Below, in pieces: positions 1 to 8,160 of a stretch of DNA of 48,100 bases. Location of the stretch: positions 1-48,100 of the IMG/VR virus record IMGVR_UViG_3300027627_000419; one strand, 5' to 3'. This DNA is from a virus. Taxonomy: Duplodnaviria; Caudoviricetes. A program made the translations under genes and the position numbers. The notes beneath the pieces are model-generated. The model made no database searches. It saw nothing but the letters and a program-made list of their open reading frames with translations, and was not told the origin of the DNA. The number at the start of each line of letters is the position of its first letter. Position 1 is the first letter of the stretch.

Positions 1-2937
1 ATTATTCCCGCCTGTATTGATTACTTCAGCCCGATGAACTGTCCGCATGGAAATACTTGCCAAATTAATTTACAGAGCTTCTCTTCTAGCGCGACAAAAA
101 TACAAAATAATCCAATCTGGGGATCACATGCAGAAATTCTATCTCATAAAATTGGGGGTGGGACTAGAGACGTATACATAAGTGATACGCTTTCCTCTTC
201 GGCGATCTTTTCCTACGATTTGTGTTTAACGACGGGGCATATTCCGGATTCCATTATTTGGGAGTGGGCTCCAGTAGGGGCGGGCGTTTGGACGCAATTT
301 ACTGAAGGCTCTTATTCGTTCGGGGATGCAACTTTGGCTTCCAACGTGACGTCAACGACGTTGTCGCTTGCGAATGTGTCATTTACGACAGCAAAGAAGA
401 TAAGGGCAAAAGGGTATAGCAGTATCCATCCGTCCTGTTTTCTTTATACTCCAGAATTGATCCTAAATCCTATTTGTCAAGATGGATCTTCTACTCCCTA
501 TTATGCGTCATTAGTCACGGAAGATAATTATTATCACCAAGCTTTAGAGCCAATAACTCCGACCCTTGACGTGCTTCTCCGAGATACGATTAGCCTCTCC
601 TACCCTCTCGTCTCTGTGCCTTCCACTCTCTCCTCTACGCAATGGCAATTTTTTAATGTAACGTCAAGCGCGTGGGAGGACCTGGTTGAAAGCAGCTATC
701 CGTTTAATGATGCAGCGGGCCCCTGTTTAGGAACTTTTGCTGGAAACGTGACGTCACCGACTTTGACGCTCGCGAATGTGTCATTTACAACAACGAAGAA
801 GATAAGAGCAAAAGCTCATAACCCCGCTTATCCAAGTTGTTTTGTCTATTCTCCAGAAGTAATCCTTAATCCGATTTGCCAAGCTGGAACATTCTCTTCT
901 TATTATGTATCACTAACAACGGAGAACAATCATTACCACGACGAAACAGTCCCGATAGCTCAAACTGTAGGCGGCGTCGAAGCTTTTGACACGTTTCTCT
1001 GCGAACAGATCATTCTTACGGCCAATAGCTATTCTCCTCCAGTCGCCCTAGACTCTATTCAATGGCAATTTTTAAATAAAACTTCAAACCTTTGGGAAAA
1101 TTTAATAGAAGCATCTTTCCCGTTCAATGATGGAATAAACGGTTGCAATGGGACACAGGTATTTAATACAGCGACCCCCTCATTACTTCTTAATACTTTC
1201 TCTGCAATAAACAACACCCGAACAATTAGGCCTGTTGCTTTTCATTCTTGTCAGCCAGGATGCCAAACGGTGGGGTCTGAAGTAAATCTAGTTCCAAAAT
1301 GTCCTGACATATTTCTTGATGTTCTTTATTCCTATGGAATAGAAAGCGGCATTAATCACAATCATCCTTTCGCAAATCCAATCGCCCCGACAATAGGAGG
1401 TTTTGCTAATAGGGATTTTTTCAGGTGTCAGCAGGTTTCTTTTAATTATGTTCCGAGAGGGATGCCGTGTAGCCCAACGCATCACCGATGGGAATGGGCA
1501 GATCTTGGCTTCGATAATTGGCAGAGTTTCGTAGATGAAGATTTTCCATTTGATGATTCTATAGAATTTGTTTGCGATGGAACGAAATCCATAAACACTA
1601 CAACGCCAAATTTAACTTTAAGCACCTTTGCTCTTTTGGATACGGACCCCAAAAAAGTAAGAAGTGTTCCGCATTATTTGTGTTACAAAACGACGCCAAT
1701 TCCTACGTGTAAGGATGTTTATATAGTTATTAATTCTGATAATTGCCTTACTCTGGTCGTTGAAACAAATCTAAGGGGACCAATCAAAGCAAAGATATCC
1801 GTACCAAGCACTTTCAACGAAGCCTCGCTAGTCGGAAAATTTATAAACAACCGGCAGGGGTTATCGGTAATACTTTCCGCAACCACGACTGTTCCTCCGA
1901 CAAGTCGCCCGATTGCTAATTGGAAAATATTAAATGCTTGCAGCTTCGTGTCTAGCGTGTTCCTCGCGGACGGAGATTGTTCCGTCGCGGCTGCGGGATG
2001 CCCGCCAGGAATGACGGTCTTTAATTATGTTTTGCCTAATTGCACGCCCTGCTACTCGGCAGGAGGAGGGGGAGGAGCAGGAGGAAGCGCTGGCCAGGGC
2101 GGGATAGGGAAATCTGATTGTTTTGTTAACTCTTCGGAATTTTTTATCAATGGACTATGCCCCGAGGTTAAAATTTCAAATTTTTACAGCAGCGCAATTG
2201 AAGCGAATGAGTGTTACCTCGCGAAAGCGATAGACCATGCACCATCTCAAGGTTCAGACTTTCAAAGAAACATCTTTTTCTGTTCTTCAGTCACCGTTGT
2301 CTCTAACCCTGTAGGAAGCACATGTAATCCAGACACGACAATTTGGCAATGGGCGGAAATAAATACGAATAATTGGTTTGATTTCGTAGAATCAGAGTAT
2401 CCATTTGGTGACAATCTCGGACCCTGCCTCGGAACTCAATCTAACGGCGTTGAAGGTCAGGCGCTCTTGCTGATTCCATTCTCTACTTCAGTGCCGAAGA
2501 AAATAAGAGCAAAGCATAACTACGCATGTTATCCGGACTGTATAACTTACAGCTCTGAATTAAGATTGGATGGAATTTGTCCGCCGTTTACCGTCGTGGT
2601 TGTCGTCAACGCAGCGACAACATATGATAGCGGCGGATACTTTTACCGAAACACGCAGAAGACAGCGACCACGACCTATTCTCCTGTTTGTGCGCCAGAT
2701 TGCTATCAATGGCAGAAATTTGTAGGCGGCAATTGGGTAAATATGGTAGACCAAACTATTTACGATGGCACCCCTCCAGGACAGGGCGGTCCGTTAGTCG
2801 TCTATCAAGTGGGGGGGGCGACTAGCGCGACGTTAGTCGTCAACCAAATGGACACCGTCGGTTATCCAGTGGCAGAAACGTACAGGGTTATAGCTTCTAT
2901 ATGCTGCTCTCCGCAATGCTCGACAACCGCATCCTAA
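1..2937 (+). CDS. Cys-rich protein with tandem ~125-142 aa Ig-like/beta-sandwich repeats; probable virion surface/tail protein; 5'-truncated by the window edge
   Basis: Frame is open from position 1 (the ATG at 34 is probably internal). Six W-[EQ]-[WFK] motifs at nt 259, 643, 1063, 1489, 2344 and 2710, followed by 'W..F.E..YPF.D', 'T.TLTL' and 'KKIRAKA'. This resembles the 'YQW...W....GAT..TL' signature of phage Ig-like domains. Confidence 0.6.
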   Translation: MIPACIDYFSPMNCPHGNTCQINLQSFSSSATKIQNNPIWGSHAEILSHKIGGGTRDVYISDTLSSSAIFSYDLCLTTGHIPDSIIWEWAPVGAGVWTQFTEGSYSFGDATLASNVTSTTLSLANVSFTTAKKIRAKGYSSIHPSCFLYTPELILNPICQDGSSTPYYASLVTEDNYYHQALEPITPTLDVLLRDTISLSYPLVSVPSTLSSTQWQFFNVTSSAWEDLVESSYPFNDAAGPCLGTFAGNVTSPTLTLANVSFTTTKKIRAKAHNPAYPSCFVYSPEVILNPICQAGTFSSYYVSLTTENNHYHDETVPIAQTVGGVEAFDTFLCEQIILTANSYSPPVALDSIQWQFLNKTSNLWENLIEASFPFNDGINGCNGTQVFNTATPSLLLNTFSAINNTRTIRPVAFHSCQPGCQTVGSEVNLVPKCPDIFLDVLYSYGIESGINHNHPFANPIAPTIGGFANRDFFRCQQVSFNYVPRGMPCSPTHHRWEWADLGFDNWQSFVDEDFPFDDSIEFVCDGTKSINTTTPNLTLSTFALLDTDPKKVRSVPHYLCYKTTPIPTCKDVYIVINSDNCLTLVVETNLRGPIKAKISVPSTFNEASLVGKFINNRQGLSVILSATTTVPPTSRPIANWKILNACSFVSSVFLADGDCSVAAAGCPPGMTVFNYVLPNCTPCYSAGGGGGAGGSAGQGGIGKSDCFVNSSEFFINGLCPEVKISNFYSSAIEANECYLAKAIDHAPSQGSDFQRNIFFCSSVTVVSNPVGSTCNPDTTIWQWAEINTNNWFDFVESEYPFGDNLGPCLGTQSNGVEGQALLLIPFSTSVPKKIRAKHNYACYPDCITYSSELRLDGICPPFTVVVVVNAATTYDSGGYFYRNTQKTATTTYSPVCAPDCYQWQKFVGGNWVNMVDQTIYDGTPPGQGGPLVVYQVGGATSATLVVNQMDTVGYPVAETYRVIASICCSPQCSTTAS
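343..812 (+). repeat. Imperfect ~70-bp direct repeat (about 343-410 and 745-812) from a recent domain duplication
   Basis: aacgtgacgtcaacgacgttgtcgcttgcgaatgtgtcatttacgacagcaaagaagataagggcaaaag versus aacgtgacgtcaccgactttgacgctcgcgaatgtgtcatttacaacaacgaagaagataagagcaaaag. Confidence 0.85.
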
Positions 2938-3611
2938 AGCTTTTGTAATCTCTCTATAAGCTCAAAAATCTTAACATTAGGAATATTAGCTACAGATTCA
3001 AATCCTTCTGATTTGGGAAAATTCTCTTTCACTAATTTATTTTTAATCTGTTCAAAAGTAATCTTCTTGTCTTTCATTACCGATTCAAGAAGAGCCTTCG
3101 GATTTAATGTATTTTCAATTACTTCTTCCTGTGGGGTCTTGCCTGCACCGAGCTCCTCTTGAGAGACGATGTTAATTTTTAGGAAATTTCTAACACATCT
3201 AACAAAAGATCTATTCTCTGCAATCGGTCCAAGATAATGTCTGGCGAAGCTCTGCGTATTATTCGGTGACGCATCTCCAATCGCAGAGAAGCCAACGCCA
3301 TGTCCTTCCGTCTCGAAGTTGGGAGTCCATTGGATTTTACACGCCGCTACGACGTAATCTGGAGAAGGAGAAGTAACCGTGTACGAAACATCCGTGTATC
3401 CTCTAATCTGCGCTAGCTCTTTGATTCCACCAAGAAGGATTAGAAGGTCTTTATCTTCCAGCTTTGAAACGTCCGTCTCTTTTGTTTTTTGCTTGTTCGA
3501 AACGAGGTACTCCGTCTTAACCATCTTCCGCCAGTTGATTGAACCGTCTTCGTTGAAAACGTATTCTACACCCTCAATGAGTCCGTCGCTGTTTCTTTTG
3601 AGCTTTTTCAT
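2934..3611 (-). CDS. Putative single-strand annealing protein (Rad52/Sak-like fold)
   Basis: 'GDASP.N...AENRSFVRCVRNFLKINIVSQEEL' resembles the AETRA..RA.R....I...S.EE motif. Start moved to the ATG at 3611 because a promoter lies just upstream. Confidence 0.5.
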   Translation of the reverse strand: MKKLKRNSDGLIEGVEYVFNEDGSINWRKMVKTEYLVSNKQKTKETDVSKLEDKDLLILLGGIKELAQIRGYTDVSYTVTSPSPDYVVAACKIQWTPNFETEGHGVGFSAIGDASPNNTQSFARHYLGPIAENRSFVRCVRNFLKINIVSQEELGAGKTPQEEVIENTLNPKALLESVMKDKKITFEQIKNKLVKENFPKSEGFESVANIPNVKIFELIERLQKL

Positions 3612-3647
3612 ATAGATTAATATGCTCTCGCGCGCGCATGAGGTCAA
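3612..3647 (-). promoter_or_regulatory. Sigma70-type promoter, leaderless geometry
   Basis: TTGACC-17-CATATT-7-ATG(3611); the -35 contains the TGA stop of the upstream gene. Confidence 0.7.
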
Positions 3648-4765
3648 TCTTTTTTCTTTAAAATCCAGAAGTTCTCGATCTCGTTCCAGAAAGAATCGTT
3701 ATTAATAATGGGATTTATTTGAGTTTTAGACGATGTAGGCGCATTCTGTCTCCAAGACTCTTCGCTGGGATACACTTTAGACTCACTCAAAATAAATCTA
3801 TTACTTAAAAAATAAAGCTTACTAAAATCTAATCCATCAAACCTTTTGTTATCTTTTATGTTTATCTTATCTAGGGTCTTAATAAGGCTAAAGTCCATAT
3901 AATTAATCTTCTTCTTTTGAAGTTCTGCATCTGGCAGATTAGAATAAAGGATTAAATTTAAACCAATTTTTTGTACTTCATCGCAAAAAGAGGGGTCGTC
4001 ATTTTCTTCTATAAAGTAGACGAGATTAGGAATTTTACTTTTAAAGTTCTTAAGAATATCTAAATTTATTCTTTTGTTTGTTACTATGGACACACTGGAC
4101 GCAGATAATTGGTGAACCAAGTTGTGCTCATTAAAATGCAAATCCATTCGCACACCGACGCCACTCAAGCCTTCTCCTTTGAAGATCTGATTCGGAACGC
4201 CCTCTATAAACTCTTGTCCATCGCGATTTTTGTTACCGACGTAAACCGTTTCGAATCCAATTTTTAAATCGATATTAAAAAAGCTTAAAATAGCAGCCGC
4301 AATTTCTTCCGGTTTCGCTCCGTCATCATCTTTTATGATTTTTAAACGTTTTAACTTGGAATAACTGGGTTTATAAAGCTTGAAGAGCTTTTCGCTACAA
4401 ACGAAGACGCAGGGCTTATCGAGGGAAGAAGCTATTTGAAAAGACAGCGGGTTTGTTGTGATTAAGATCTTAGCCCTCTTTATCATGTAGGACAATTGAT
4501 TTGCAAAAAGAGCTCCGCTGAGTTGACGAGTAGAAGCTATTGCTTTTTCGTGTGTGCTGCAATTGTTGTAAACTGGGAGGTTTAATTTATTTAAATAATT
4601 ATTTACGACTCCTATTACTAACTGCCAATTTCTATATTTCCCACTCGGACCTACGGTATCCAAAAGGATAAAGTTGTCATGCTCCATCGGAAAAAATATA
4701 TCATAAATATAAGGCTTATCTATATCTAGATTACTTAATTGAGAAAAGAAAGAAAGCTTATTCAT
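3644..4765 (-). CDS. GT9/heptosyltransferase-like C-terminal domain plus an unknown domain
   Basis: 'KYRNWQLVI...QLSYMIKRAKILITTNPLSFQIASSLDKPCVFV' resembles the GT9 'K.W...LAALI..A.L.I..DS...HLA.AL.KP.V' motif. Confidence 0.5.
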   Translation of the reverse strand: MNKLSFFSQLSNLDIDKPYIYDIFFPMEHDNFILLDTVGPSGKYRNWQLVIGVVNNYLNKLNLPVYNNCSTHEKAIASTRQLSGALFANQLSYMIKRAKILITTNPLSFQIASSLDKPCVFVCSEKLFKLYKPSYSKLKRLKIIKDDDGAKPEEIAAAILSFFNIDLKIGFETVYVGNKNRDGQEFIEGVPNQIFKGEGLSGVGVRMDLHFNEHNLVHQLSASSVSIVTNKRINLDILKNFKSKIPNLVYFIEENDDPSFCDEVQKIGLNLILYSNLPDAELQKKKINYMDFSLIKTLDKINIKDNKRFDGLDFSKLYFLSNRFILSESKVYPSEESWRQNAPTSSKTQINPIINNDSFWNEIENFWILKKKD

Positions 4766-6620
4766 AGTCTTCGAAATTTAAAACGAGACCATTTGCGTGT
4801 TGAGGGGAGAATATTATATCGAAATACTTCTTGTCTTTATTCTCTGCGAAAAAGTCTGATAAATCTATTCTTTCTTTTTCTATTACCTCGTCAACGAAAG
4901 GATTAAAGGCTAAAACAATTTTATTATCCCTACTACAACAAACGGAAAGGAGGTGGTCTTTGTACTTCTTTTTTATAGACTTGAAGAAACTTGTTGTTAA
5001 ATACGCGTCTACGGCTTCGTCCGGTAGAAAATAGAGCACTCTTTTTTCGTTACTCTTTTTAGATAAAAAGCTATACCTGTCGTTTTTATTTCCAGCGTTG
5101 TCGTTGTTGGCCGCATTCCTGAAATAATTTTCTATTTGAGCTCTTGGTGCGCCATTTTTAATTTTGTCTATCCAGTGAATCAATCCTTCATCGGAATCAG
5201 AAACTTCAATTTTTAAGATGTTTCTATAAAGAGTCTTCACCCACTCTTGATCGTCCTTGCACAGCGCGACTTTTGCGTAGGGGTCTTTTTGTTGTATTAA
5301 GTCAAAAACCGAGTCTTCGACTTTCGGGCAGGAGTCAATAAAGTCTTCTATAGCTTTACCGACAACATTTATAGAGAAGTTGTCTACAACCCATTTTCTA
5401 GCTTTTTTGCCAATATCTGATCTTTCTTCCGCAGACATCTTAAACACTTTATCAATCTGCTTGTATATTGATTCGGGGTATGTCGAAGCTTTTATGAATT
5501 GACTGCCGAGTTCTCTATACTCTGACCATTCTAAAGGCAGAGAATGAGCTTCTGGATAACACATCTCTTCGCCACAGCTATAATTCGTGACAAGAGTGAC
5601 AAGCTCCGTTAACTTGGCTTCTTGGATTGGAATTTCTTGTCCACCCGACGTAAATGGATGACAATAAACATCCATAAGATTATAGACCTCATTCAGAGAA
5701 GGCTCATCTACGCCGAACCCTACTCCCGTCGTGTTCAGGGATTCCTTGCTTCCGCAAAACTTACACTCTTTATTTGGCCCGATATAAGTTTTAACTTCGT
5801 AATTTGCACAAGCAGAACATACGTGTGTTGTTAGTATGTCGGTTTTGTTTAGCCCAACTTCTTCGCAAAATTGATAGATATTCCAACCCTCGTTAAAACT
5901 CGTGTGAAGTAGGAGCTTGGTATCTAAGTCTGGATTTGCCTCTTTGAACTTTTTGAATCCATTGAGTAAATTCGGAACGCTTTTTCTGGGCTGATTTCTA
6001 AACACGAAACCAATGATAAAGCAATTCTTAGAAATTCCGTTTGCATCTCTAAGCTTTTGTCTATCTTCGTCTTTAATCTTAAAAAAGAACTTGTCATCCA
6101 ATGCTCCATGCATTGTCTTTACGTGATTCTGCCCGAGCTTATGGAGAGCTTTTGTGGCGAAATCGCTCCAAACCCAATAATTCTTGGATTTTTTCGCGGC
6201 GTTGACGGCCATAGGAAGGATGGGCAAAGAGTCTAACGTCGTCCACACGACCGAATTGATTTTATCAAACCAAGGCTTCCCTATCGAGAAATCAACACCC
6301 CAAATATCTTGAACAGCTAAATAAACGTCTGGTTTCTCTTTTTTTATGATGTCATCGATATAATAAGAGCCATAAGATACAAGGTTTTTTATTCTTGGAT
6401 CTTGATTTACTTGTGTCTGCTTTTCTTTGGAGCTAGGAACGCATCCCAAAGATTTCCAAGGAGTTTTCGCTAATTCTTGACAGTTCTCTTCTACCCCTAC
6501 GGCGTAATGAACTATTTCATATTTACCTGTTTTATACAAATAAGAAAGAATGGTTCTAGCGTTCTTGCCAAAACCACTCTTTATTAAAGAAAAATCGCTT
6601 TGAAAAAGTATTTTTTTCAC
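4758..6620 (-). CDS. GT4-family glycosyltransferase with Zn-ribbon insert, DUF4214-like helix bundle and GT9-like N-terminal segment
   Basis: SGFG, RNQPRK, 'VYNLMDVYCHPFTSGGQEIPIQEA'; CSAC...CKFC; 'WVKTLYRNIL...DEGLIHWIDKIKNG'; 'DAYLTTSFFKSIKKKY...NPFVDEVI'. Confidence 0.75.
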   Translation of the reverse strand: MKKILFQSDFSLIKSGFGKNARTILSYLYKTGKYEIVHYAVGVEENCQELAKTPWKSLGCVPSSKEKQTQVNQDPRIKNLVSYGSYYIDDIIKKEKPDVYLAVQDIWGVDFSIGKPWFDKINSVVWTTLDSLPILPMAVNAAKKSKNYWVWSDFATKALHKLGQNHVKTMHGALDDKFFFKIKDEDRQKLRDANGISKNCFIIGFVFRNQPRKSVPNLLNGFKKFKEANPDLDTKLLLHTSFNEGWNIYQFCEEVGLNKTDILTTHVCSACANYEVKTYIGPNKECKFCGSKESLNTTGVGFGVDEPSLNEVYNLMDVYCHPFTSGGQEIPIQEAKLTELVTLVTNYSCGEEMCYPEAHSLPLEWSEYRELGSQFIKASTYPESIYKQIDKVFKMSAEERSDIGKKARKWVVDNFSINVVGKAIEDFIDSCPKVEDSVFDLIQQKDPYAKVALCKDDQEWVKTLYRNILKIEVSDSDEGLIHWIDKIKNGAPRAQIENYFRNAANNDNAGNKNDRYSFLSKKSNEKRVLYFLPDEAVDAYLTTSFFKSIKKKYKDHLLSVCCSRDNKIVLAFNPFVDEVIEKERIDLSDFFAENKDKKYFDIIFSPQHANGLVLNFEDYE

Positions 6621-7204
6621 CAGCCTTCAGATTCCTCTTCTTCTATATTTGCTTGCTCCTCTTTTCGAGCGGATTTATTGGGCGAACCGCCAAGCTGCGA
6701 AGAGGGCAGACTGTCTTCTGTTTCTCGGCTATTCGTTTGAGCGTCCGCTTGAGCGAATCCAGAATCAGTAAGGATGCCCAACAGATCGTGCTTTAATAAG
6801 CGGGCTTCTGAAAATAAGAAGCCAATAACGAATCCAGTCTTCTTTGTCGAGTCATCTTTCTCCTGCTTGTTGACTGAGAGCGAATACCCTTTTTGCTTTT
6901 GAGTTTGTTTATCCATGTAAACGCAGAATTTTATCTGCAAAACTTGATTTTGACTTGAATGATACTGGCTGAACTCGACGTTTCTTTCCATCGCGTCGAT
7001 AATCCCCGCGACCTCAATACGACTAAGTTTAACGATGACTCTCTTCTGCGGGTTATCTTTATTCTTCGAGAACGTCCCCTTCTTTTTGGCTTCGTTCCAA
7101 GAGTCCTGTTTAATCATGGAAGCCATTATCGAGCCGTCCTTACTCAACCAGAAAGAGCAGGCTGTTCCGGTTACTTTGGGGTTTGGCTTGTAGAATTGAA
7201 TCAT
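6617..7204 (-). CDS. Putative ssDNA-binding protein (Whirly/PC4-like) with acidic tail
   Basis: Beta-rich N-domain with 'IVKLSRIEVAGII', disordered linker, C-terminus EEEESEGW; lies in the replication block. Confidence 0.4.
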   Translation of the reverse strand: MIQFYKPNPKVTGTACSFWLSKDGSIMASMIKQDSWNEAKKKGTFSKNKDNPQKRVIVKLSRIEVAGIIDAMERNVEFSQYHSSQNQVLQIKFCVYMDKQTQKQKGYSLSVNKQEKDDSTKKTGFVIGFLFSEARLLKHDLLGILTDSGFAQADAQTNSRETEDSLPSSQLGGSPNKSARKEEQANIEEEESEGW

Positions 7205-7206
7205 AT

Positions 7207-7548
7207 TTATGTTTTTGTTTCTGATATCTTGTTCTTCGGGAAGAACTTTTCCTGCAACTTTACCTTAGATCTATGCCTCTCCATGTTGGATTCGTCAACC
7301 TCTTTCGCGCTAATATTGCCATATCTAGCTTTTTCGACAGCGTTGAATACCGCTTGATTAGCTTTTTTAAGATTTTCATATTCTTCTGATTCAACTATCG
7401 AATTCCATAATTGATTATTCATCTGGACGCCTAGGAACTCATGACATTTTTCCCACGCCCTCATTGAGTCTTCCGAAATAAGCCCTTTAATATAAAGGAT
7501 ACTCAAATAATCAAAAGCATAAGCCTCATCGACATTAAGGTTGATCAT
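7207..7548 (-). CDS. Hypothetical helical protein
   Basis: 'DEAYAFDYLSILYIK...LKKANQAVFNAVE'; tightly packed in the operon. Confidence 0.6.
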   Translation of the reverse strand: MINLNVDEAYAFDYLSILYIKGLISEDSMRAWEKCHEFLGVQMNNQLWNSIVESEEYENLKKANQAVFNAVEKARYGNISAKEVDESNMERHRSKVKLQEKFFPKNKISETKT

Positions 7549-8143
7549 AGTCGTAAGTCTTAAGAATCTCTCTATGGTTCATGTCTTTTAAGAAGATTTT
7601 TTTATTTTCTCTGACTAAATTAGAATTAATAAACCAATCCTCAACGACTCCATGATCCTCCAGCGTAACGTTTTCAACCATCAGAGTATATCCATGCGCC
7701 GAAAACTTTTCAATCGCCTCCGCCTTTAAATCTACGTCCCTTTTCCCACCCATATAAAGATTATGTTCAAAAGTAATAAATTTAAATTTAAAATCATTCA
7801 ATGGAAAATTTTTAAAAACAAACTCCGTGGCGTCATCAATATCAAAAGATAAATAGTCTATAACTTGAGGGCAGCCATTCTCCACCATTAAGCTCTTTAA
7901 ATCCGTCTTCATCAAATCGGCGCACACAGCTTTGGTTTTCCTATTGGCCTGAAACTCTTTTATGTGGTCCGGATTAAAATCAACAGAAAGGCCGTCCCAT
8001 CCGTTCTTCTCCAGCAGAAGAGAATTATTTCCACACGGCTTATTCCATCCATTTCCGCAACCAAGATCCAAGAAAAAGCCGGGACTCTTCTTAAAGAAAT
8101 TAAGAACGAAGACGTCTTGCGAGATTTGAGAGTAAGTCGCCAT
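7535..8143 (-). CDS. FkbM-family SAM methyltransferase
   Basis: YSQ..QD, FFLDLGC, 'NNSLLLEKNGWDGLSVD', IDYLSFDID, ITFEHN, EDWF. Confidence 0.85.
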   Translation of the reverse strand: MATYSQISQDVFVLNFFKKSPGFFLDLGCGNGWNKPCGNNSLLLEKNGWDGLSVDFNPDHIKEFQANRKTKAVCADLMKTDLKSLMVENGCPQVIDYLSFDIDDATEFVFKNFPLNDFKFKFITFEHNLYMGGKRDVDLKAEAIEKFSAHGYTLMVENVTLEDHGVVEDWFINSNLVRENKKIFLKDMNHREILKTYDYDQP

Positions 8144-8160
8144 AATAAATTCTATTTGCT

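Noticed and set aside
343-812. DGR template/variable repeat pair
   Set aside because: Both copies are in-frame in one gene, the differences are not adenine-specific, and no reverse transcriptase is present in the window.
1687-2112. Intein in the repeat protein (also considered for dnaE, dnaB, recA, nrdA)
   Set aside because: No C/S start with an HN-C/S/T end and no LAGLIDADG blocks; the enzyme lengths leave no room for one.
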